From: Candidatus Aenigmatarchaeota archaeon
GTDB taxonomy: Archaea; Aenigmatarchaeota; Aenigmatarchaeia; PWEA01
Direction of reading: 5' to 3'
NCBI GenBank assembly: GCA_046539325.1
Contig: JBKHHD010000006.1
Location: forward strand, 1-64,000
Length of the DNA stretch: 64,000 nt
Positions within the stretch are counted from its first letter, which is position 1. Each line of letters starts with the position of its first letter. Position numbers and translations under genes: made by a program. This document shows positions 57,895 to 64,000 of this stretch, piece after piece. A model generated the notes under the pieces. The model searched no databases. It had not been told where the DNA came from and saw nothing but the letters and a program-made list of their open reading frames with translations.

Positions 57895-59028
57895 ATGTCG
57901 AAGAAGCTGCCCTTGGTATTGTACGGAAACAGCTACGAAAATGCTGATCTATATTACGCCACAGAATTCCTCATCAGCGAGAACGTGCTTTACATTGAAA
58001 CTGAAGGGAGAAGCTTCCTTATAACAAGTGAGATGGAGAAGGGAAGAGCGGAAGAGGAAAGTGAAGTTGATAGAGTTTTCACGGCGAAGAGTCTCGGACT
58101 AAAGGAAGAGTTTGAAGGCCTGAACAACGAAGAGAGGAAAGCAAGGATAATTGAGGAAGTAGTTGAGGTTCACACGGACTCAGAGAAAGTAAAGGTTGAA
58201 AGGGACTTTCCGCTAGGCGTGTACAACGAGCTGACCATAGACGTGAAGGTTACAGAAGGGCCGTTTAAAGAACAAAGAGCTCTGAAGGATGGAGATGAAG
58301 TAGAAAAGATAAGAAAGGTTCAACACGCTGCTTCCGAATCTATAATGGCCGCAAAGAAAGTTTTGGAGGAATCAGAGATTAAGGACGGCAAGCTCTTCTA
58401 TGAAGAAGAAGTTCTTACACAGGGAAGGCTGAAGAAGGTAATACTACACGACCTCCTCGACAACAACTGCTCCTGTAAAGAGCTTATTGTTTCCTCAGGC
58501 GAGGAAAGCTCCTTTCCACATAAAACCGGAATCGAAGACAAAGTTCTAGAGCCGAACGCTCCAATAATAATCGACGTATTCCCTTTCAACAAAACCAATA
58601 GATACCACGGTGATATGACACGAACCTTCGTGAAGGGAGGGGTTCCTGAAGAAGTAGAAGATATGCACGAAGCTGTTTTTGGAGCTCAAAGAAGAGCTCT
58701 CGAGGCTTTAAAGCCAGGAGTAAAGGCTTCAGAGGTAGACAAAGCTGTGTGCGAGTTTCTGGAGGACAGGGGCTACTACAGTACTAGGCTGAACGGGTCA
58801 AAGGAAGCAGAGTTCAAGCATTCCACTGGACACGGGATAGGTCTTGAAGTGCATGAAAAACCGAGGATTGGCAAGGGTGTGGACTACGAACTAAAGGAAG
58901 GTAATGTTCTGGCGATCGAGCCTGGACTCTACAGGAAAAGAGGTGGCGTAAGGATAGAAGACCTGGTCGTAGTAAGGGAAGATGGTGCGGAAGTAATAGG
59001 TGGAATGAACAGGTCCTTGACGGTTTAA
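57895..59028 (+). CDS. Xaa-Pro peptidase (M24 family)
   Basis: PH, IIDVFP, GDMTRT, HSTGHGIGLEVHE, IEPGLY, GGVRIED. Confidence 0.93.
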   Translation: MSKKLPLVLYGNSYENADLYYATEFLISENVLYIETEGRSFLITSEMEKGRAEEESEVDRVFTAKSLGLKEEFEGLNNEERKARIIEEVVEVHTDSEKVKVERDFPLGVYNELTIDVKVTEGPFKEQRALKDGDEVEKIRKVQHAASESIMAAKKVLEESEIKDGKLFYEEEVLTQGRLKKVILHDLLDNNCSCKELIVSSGEESSFPHKTGIEDKVLEPNAPIIIDVFPFNKTNRYHGDMTRTFVKGGVPEEVEDMHEAVFGAQRRALEALKPGVKASEVDKAVCEFLEDRGYYSTRLNGSKEAEFKHSTGHGIGLEVHEKPRIGKGVDYELKEGNVLAIEPGLYRKRGGVRIEDLVVVREDGAEVIGGMNRSLTV

Positions 59029-59353
59029 CAAATATCCTCTATCTGTGAAACTCCTTTGTTTACTAAGATCTTCTTTATCTCCCCTCGGAGTGAGTTTTTA
59101 GGCACTACACCGAACTTCTCGAGAAAGGAGTTAAGCTTTCTTGCTATCTTCGTCCCTTCGGAATCAAAATCAGTGAGAACAAGCACTTCCGGGAGCCTTC
59201 AAAAACTTCCTTCGCAACCTTGTAAAGTGGTCTGCCGTTGAGCGGTATTATTTCATCTACATCCAGTTCCTTCATTACCTCAACATCACGCTTCCCTTCA
59301 ACTATCACAGGGAGACCTGCTTTGTTTATAATTTTCCTGATTTCTTCTTTCAT
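59025..59353 (-). pseudogene. small toprim-domain protein split by a frameshift near 59190
   Basis: Frame 0 gives VIVEGKRD; the -1 frame gives EVLVLTDFDSEGTKIARKL…QIEDIC*. Confidence 0.8.
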
Positions 59354-59376
59354 AGTTATCATTTGAGGAAAGATTT

Positions 59377-59445
59377 GGCCCACCCATAACATCCTGAGAC
59401 ATATTTTCCTTGCGGAACTTTCATCAGGACTGATCTAGGTGGGCC
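59377..59445 (-). ncRNA. candidate structured RNA or leader C
   Basis: GGCCCACC/GGTGGGCC, TCCTGA/TCAGGA, TTCC-GCAA-GGAA (GNRA loop on minus strand); TTATATAA at 59467-59474. Confidence 0.6.
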
Positions 59446-59478
59446 TATGTTTAATTTACGAAGAAATTATATAAGCCT

Positions 59479-59997
59479 TCACTGAATTGTGGGCAGCATG
59501 TCAAAGTAGCTTTTGAGGCCGTCTCTGACCTTCCTCATATAGTCGTTACAGTCCTGTATGAAGACCTGTTTTATGTCGCTGTATATCATCTTCTCGTAAA
59601 AGGTTCTGAAGGCATGCCAGAGCATCGAGCGCTGAAGCCAGGTATCTTGCGGGTAATGTGTCCTAACTCTTGCCGTTCCACTCACCTCTATGTCGCCCAC
59701 GTAGTCGTATTCCTCGTGCTTCGCAGGTGTCATCTCTATAAACATCTTGATCTTCACGTAGACGTGTGTGTACTTGTCCTTGGGCTCGTAGGCGCGTATC
59801 TCAGAAAATATCTTTTCCGTGTCCCCGTCCCTTTTATGCTGGTACTGCTTTTCAGTTATATCGTCTACGCCTATGTTACACTCGTACCTTAGAATGTCTA
59901 TGACTTCATTGTAGGCCTCCTGGGGATTAGGAACTGACTCAGCGTCTATATTTACACTAACATCTCCGAAGTCGTCTATTCTGAGGTATGGAGGCAT
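59479..59997 (-). CDS. hypothetical protein
   Basis: 172 aa ORF with host-like codon use. Confidence 0.75.
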   Translation of the reverse strand: MPPYLRIDDFGDVSVNIDAESVPNPQEAYNEVIDILRYECNIGVDDITEKQYQHKRDGDTEKIFSEIRAYEPKDKYTHVYVKIKMFIEMTPAKHEEYDYVGDIEVSGTARVRTHYPQDTWLQRSMLWHAFRTFYEKMIYSDIKQVFIQDCNDYMRKVRDGLKSYFDMLPTIQ

Positions 59998-60060
59998 CTT
60001 ATCGTCGTTCCATAATACGCGATTAAACTATAAAAAACCTACCCAACAGTATTCAATAGG

Positions 60061-60444
60061 ATGCATAACTACAAAAGAGGTTACAACTTTGAGATAAGAG
60101 TTAGGGATACGTTTCGGGACAAAGGATACGAGGCGGAGAGAAAGGCGGCTTCCGCACCCTACGATCTAATTGTGATGAAGGACGGGCGCGTCTCCTTCAT
60201 AATCGACGCTAAGAAGACAGGACAGAGGGACAAAGACCACCTCTACGTAAGCAAGGAAGATATAAAGGACGTTAAGAACGAGGCTGAGAAGATCGGGGCC
60301 ACGCCTCTTATAGTTTACGGGTTCTACAGAACGCCCATATACGTAGGAACTGTCGACGAGCTTCTTGAGAGAGGCGGTAAGAACGTCAGACTGGAGCAAG
60401 GAATAAAGCTTGAAAAGTTCATCGACAACTACTCCTCTCTTTAG
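60061..60444 (+). CDS. hjc: Holliday junction resolvase (Hjc-like)
   Basis: Y.RG..FE, GY...R.AAS, DLIV, IDAK PD-(D/E)xK motif. Confidence 0.8.
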   Translation: MHNYKRGYNFEIRVRDTFRDKGYEAERKAASAPYDLIVMKDGRVSFIIDAKKTGQRDKDHLYVSKEDIKDVKNEAEKIGATPLIVYGFYRTPIYVGTVDELLERGGKNVRLEQGIKLEKFIDNYSSL

Positions 60445-60454
60445 GCCAAGAAAA

Positions 60455-60688
60455 CTACTTTCCATCCAATACCTTTTTCCAGAAAGGACGGTCCCATCCC
60501 CTCTTACTCTTAGATTCTCTTCCCCTGTCTTTCAGAATTCCATAAAAGAAGAACGGTATTGAAAGGAGTAATCCGCCTATCAGGAAAACGAATCCAAGAA
60601 TTCTGCTTACTGTAGCGGCGAAGATGAAGTATAGGTTCAGTCCTAGAACGATGCTAAGTATACAGAAGAACAACATTTTTTCCTTCAT
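60455..60688 (-). CDS. small two-TM membrane protein
   Basis: 77 aa hydrophobic ORF downstream of the HTH gene. Confidence 0.6.
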   Translation of the reverse strand: MKEKMLFFCILSIVLGLNLYFIFAATVSRILGFVFLIGGLLLSIPFFFYGILKDRGRESKSKRGWDRPFWKKVLDGK

Positions 60689-60696
60689 CCTTATCC

Positions 60697-61449
60697 TCAG
60701 ACAAACCTTTCGGTGAGGTTTTCCCTCATGTCGCCTATATCAGGAGACTGTGAAACAGCCAGCGGTACTTCCTCCGCCTCTGCAACCCTTGCTGCAAGCT
60801 CATCCGCCTCCACTGTGTTTCCGTGGAGAACGACGAGACCTGGCTTCAGGTTGGTTACCTTTATCGCCACCATAGGACTTCTCCCTGTACTTACCTTTGT
60901 GAAGACTAATGCTCTCTCCGTTGTAAGGCCGTAAAGTCTTATCAGTTCCGACGGTGAAAGCTCGACTATAGCTTTGAGGGAATCAATTATAGAGTAGCCG
61001 TATATCTCCTTCTTCTTCATGTCCTTGTTCGCAACTACCTCTGCATTACACGCATCAACGAAGTCCTCTATCTTTACACCCTTCGAGAACTCCTGTATAT
61101 CTATTACAGTGTCTGAAACAACGTCTCCGGGCCTGAACTCGGAGAACTTCTTTATAACATCTCCGCCTCTGCTCTCATCGACATCTACAAGACCGGTAAC
61201 TATCTTCTCTATCATCTTTATGCCAGGACTCTGCCTTCTTCCTAGCTCGTAATCGGAGATGACAGAAGGCATAACGTCTATCTTGTCCGCGAGCTTTCTC
61301 TGAGAGATTTCAAATATGTTTCTCCACTTCTTTATTGTTTTTCCAGGATCCTCTGAGAGAACGATCTCGCCTGATATCTTCTTCTTAAGCCTGTCCTTAA
61401 GGATATCCTGTCCGTCCTCCTCAGAAACATCCATGCCTTGAGGTGTCAT
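60697..61449 (-). CDS. HTH transcriptional regulator (COG1709-like)
   Basis: ISGEIVLS..PG.TIKKWR, SVISDYE.GRR.SPG, FTKVSTGRSPMVAIKV. Confidence 0.9.
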   Translation of the reverse strand: MTPQGMDVSEEDGQDILKDRLKKKISGEIVLSEDPGKTIKKWRNIFEISQRKLADKIDVMPSVISDYELGRRQSPGIKMIEKIVTGLVDVDESRGGDVIKKFSEFRPGDVVSDTVIDIQEFSKGVKIEDFVDACNAEVVANKDMKKKEIYGYSIIDSLKAIVELSPSELIRLYGLTTERALVFTKVSTGRSPMVAIKVTNLKPGLVVLHGNTVEADELAARVAEAEEVPLAVSQSPDIGDMRENLTERFV

Positions 61450-61503
61450 ATCCGCTTTATCCTTTTATGCAAAACTATTTAAAATTTCACCAATTGTCGA
61501 TGT

Positions 61504-61520
61504 CTAAAAATGATTTTTAG
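61504..61520. promoter_or_regulatory. 17-bp palindrome, candidate operator in a divergent promoter
   Basis: CTAAAAAT-G-ATTTTTAG flanked by direct TGTCGA repeats. Confidence 0.45.
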
Positions 61521-61600
61521 CCGGACTGTCGAAGTTAAAGGAGGAAAGGTGCTTATACAATCACGGTAAACTTAAATTTGTTGTTCAGAAAGTCTTTCCT

Positions 61601-62632
61601 ATGTACGACCTGATAGTCTCCGGCGCCGGCCCCGTAGGTTCGCACCTTGCCAGACAGTTCACAAAGAAGGGACAAGACGTCCTACTACTGGAGAAAGGAG
61701 AGGTAGGGAAACCACTCAAAGGAACGGGCCACGTCTCCACGGACATATTCGACCATGTTCCAAAGGACGAAAGTTTCATAGAAAAGGAGATATACGGAGC
61801 CGAAGTCCACGACCGTTTCGGAAGCTACTCCTTCGGAAGAGATCGCTTGACTTCCTACGTAATTGACAGAGTGGAGTTCGATAAATATATGGTAGACCTT
61901 GCAAAGGAGGAGGGCGTGGAGTTCAAAAATGAGAAATTCGATGGCTACGAAGCGGAAAGAGGTAAGGTAATAGTAGAGACGAATGAAGGTAAGTACGAAA
62001 GCAGACTGCTGGCGGGCTGCGACGGACCACAGTCGGACGTGAGGACCGCCTCAGAAATGGACGGACCTAAGATGTTCCTCCACGGAATATTTACGGAGCA
62101 GATAGAGGTGGAACCGATAGAGCAGGACTACGTCGAACTGTTTCTGGACGCGAGCGATGACTTCTTCGGCTGGAAGGTTCCGAGAGAGGAAAGTTTCGAA
62201 TACGGTCTAGCGCTAGAACAGGGAAGGGATACGAGGGAGGCACTGGAAAGGTTCTCAGAAAAGGAAGGGTTTAATATCAGGAAGGTTTACGCAGGTATGA
62301 TACCAATACTACCGCCAGAAGAAATCCATAAGGGCAGGGCATTTCTATGTGGAGACGCTGCAGGGCATACAAAGCCTTTTTCCGGTGGGGGGTTAATCTA
62401 CGGGCTGACAGCAGCGAAGATAGTCGCGGAAACGATAGATCCTGAAAGGCCTACTACACTAGAAAACTATGAGGACGAATGGAGGGATGAACTGATGGGC
62501 GAGATAAATCTAGGAGACAAGATAAGGAAGTTCTACAAGCGGCCGTCCTGGTTCAGAGAGCCGATGCTATGGTTGGGCGAGAAGATGTCACAGGGAGCCC
62601 ACATGGACAGACCTAGCTCTCTTCTCAGGTGA
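61601..62632 (+). CDS. geranylgeranyl reductase family FAD oxidoreductase
   Basis: GAGPVG, DRVEFD, GCDG..S, GDAAG.TKPFSGGG. Confidence 0.88.
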   Translation: MYDLIVSGAGPVGSHLARQFTKKGQDVLLLEKGEVGKPLKGTGHVSTDIFDHVPKDESFIEKEIYGAEVHDRFGSYSFGRDRLTSYVIDRVEFDKYMVDLAKEEGVEFKNEKFDGYEAERGKVIVETNEGKYESRLLAGCDGPQSDVRTASEMDGPKMFLHGIFTEQIEVEPIEQDYVELFLDASDDFFGWKVPREESFEYGLALEQGRDTREALERFSEKEGFNIRKVYAGMIPILPPEEIHKGRAFLCGDAAGHTKPFSGGGLIYGLTAAKIVAETIDPERPTTLENYEDEWRDELMGEINLGDKIRKFYKRPSWFREPMLWLGEKMSQGAHMDRPSSLLR

Positions 62633-62636
62633 AAGC

Positions 62637-63473
62637 ATGGTATACGCCGACCTTCACGTACACACCACAGCCTCCGACGGACTTCTATCCCTGGAAGAGG
62701 TTATCAAAGAAGCAAAGAGTGAAAAGTTGGGAGCTATAGCTGTGACCGACCACGACACGGTGAACCCCAATCTAAAGAAGAGGGTGGAGAAAAGGAACGG
62801 TCTGGAGGTTGTTTCAGGAACTGAAATAAAGGCCATTCACCGCGACACAAAGATAGAAATCCTGTGTTACTTCGTCGATCCGTCGGACAACTCCCTTCAA
62901 GAACTGTTCGACGAGATGAGGGGCAACAGGATAAACAGGATGAAAGAGATGGTCGAGAGGTTCAACTCCATGGACACAGGAATTAAACTGGGCTGGAAGG
63001 AAATAGTCGAGTCCGCAGGAGGACCTGTCGGTAGGCCGCACTTCGCAAGGGCAATAGCCAACAAGGGACTGACACAAGGCTCACGTGAGGCCTTCGACAA
63101 GTACGCAAAGGAGGACAAATATCCCTACGTTTCACTGGAAAGACCTGACGCCAAAAGGGTCATAGAACTAGCACACGACTCCAGTGCACTGACCTCCCTT
63201 GCTCATCCTTGTACAGAAGAGATAGAGGACTTCGAGTCCTTCCTCGACAGTCTCGTCGACCTGGGACTGGACTGCTGCGAAACCTATTATCCGTACTCCG
63301 AGAGCCCGAAAAGCACTACGCTCGATCCCGAAGAGGTCAAAGGCATCATAGACAGGTTCGGTTTATTCAAGACAGGAGGTTCGGACTTCCACAACAGGAA
63401 GAGCTTCAAGATGGGTGCGGCAGGGGTAAGCAGAGGAACCTTAGAGGAGATAAAAGAAGCCGTTGGGGTCTAA
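62637..63473 (+). CDS. PHP-domain protein (TrpH/YciV-like)
   Basis: DLHVHTTASDG, TDHDT, GRPHFA, LAHP, TGGSDFH. Confidence 0.9.
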   Translation: MVYADLHVHTTASDGLLSLEEVIKEAKSEKLGAIAVTDHDTVNPNLKKRVEKRNGLEVVSGTEIKAIHRDTKIEILCYFVDPSDNSLQELFDEMRGNRINRMKEMVERFNSMDTGIKLGWKEIVESAGGPVGRPHFARAIANKGLTQGSREAFDKYAKEDKYPYVSLERPDAKRVIELAHDSSALTSLAHPCTEEIEDFESFLDSLVDLGLDCCETYYPYSESPKSTTLDPEEVKGIIDRFGLFKTGGSDFHNRKSFKMGAAGVSRGTLEEIKEAVGV

Positions 63474-63540
63474 AATTCGCGCCACGTTCGTTTCTTTGTC
63501 TGAAACCCGGCTTCATAAAACTTATAACTCTTAACAAACT

Positions 63541-64000
63541 ATAGCCGTTTTTGTACTTCTGTTCGCGGTAGCTGTCGTTGCAGGCTGCACAGGCGATGGA
63601 GCACCGGAAGAAAACGGTGGTGGTACCAACGGCGGTGATTTCAACAGAGAGGCCGTATCAGACCAGGAGACCTACTCCGGCGAATGGTCAGGCTCGATTG
63701 GTGCAATGGGCGTCGAAGAAGAATACAGCGGAACGTGGCAGTTCGAGGTTGACTTCGAAGAAGGAACTGTAGAAGGTTGGTTTGAAGGCGACGGTTCTGG
63801 CGATATATCCGGAACGTTCTCAGACGGAACTATAAGCACAGAAGCCGAAGGAGACGCTGCTATGGGCGCAATAAAGTGGTCCGATGACTTTTCAGCTGAC
63901 GGTGAAGAAGTTTCAGGTACCTGGGAAGGTGCTGAAGATGTTCCTGGATCCGGAACATGGAGCGGCTCACTGGGCGCAGTAGAGGAAGAGGAAGAACAAG
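63541..64000 (+). CDS. putative lipoprotein, runs off window end; no canonical start
   Basis: IAVFVLLFAVAVVAG|CTGDG lipobox, then G.W.G repeats; in-frame TAA at 63532 and no ATG before the lipobox. Confidence 0.65.
   Translation, partial: MAVFVLLFAVAVVAGCTGDGAPEENGGGTNGGDFNREAVSDQETYSGEWSGSIGAMGVEEEYSGTWQFEVDFEEGTVEGWFEGDGSGDISGTFSDGTISTEAEGDAAMGAIKWSDDFSADGEEVSGTWEGAEDVPGSGTWSGSLGAVEEEEEQ

Noticed and set aside
59405-59430. Hammerhead ribozyme or C/D box from CTGATGA on the minus strand
   Set aside because: No stem II closing onto GAAA in the right register and no downstream CTGA D box

Overview
Archaeal chromosomal window; the acidic proteome, compact housekeeping content and archaeal pilus locus suggest a halophilic DPANN lineage (Aenigmarchaeota/Nanohalarchaeota-like; inference). 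It carries pelota, EndoIV, thermosome, a type IV pilus cluster, NMD3-aIF1A-Dim2-top6B-top6A, EndA, GlyRS, PheRS, LeuRS, AlaRS, MinD, ftsZ-secE-spt5-rpl11-rpl1-rpl10-rpl12, histone, RPA, RadA and Hjc, plus seven tRNA genes read by hand. No CRISPR array, rRNA, integrase or transposase was seen. Main unusual signals: (1) five tRNAs carry nine introns, six at non-canonical positions; four introns belong to one palindromic sequence family that also occurs free-standing beside a duplicated tRNA-Arg 3' end, suggesting a small mobile element acting as a tRNA intron, with a tandem-repeat EndA that has a basic loop insertion; (2) a rare tRNA-Ile(UAU); (3) three genes that appear to start at ATT behind a canonical SD; (4) three unannotated structured RNA candidates, two sharing a GGGGGUGU motif; (5) an iteron-like AT-rich locus between an AAA+-wHTH ATPase and a wHTH gene, a candidate non-canonical origin or segregation site. 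All calls come from reading the sequence; no searches were run.
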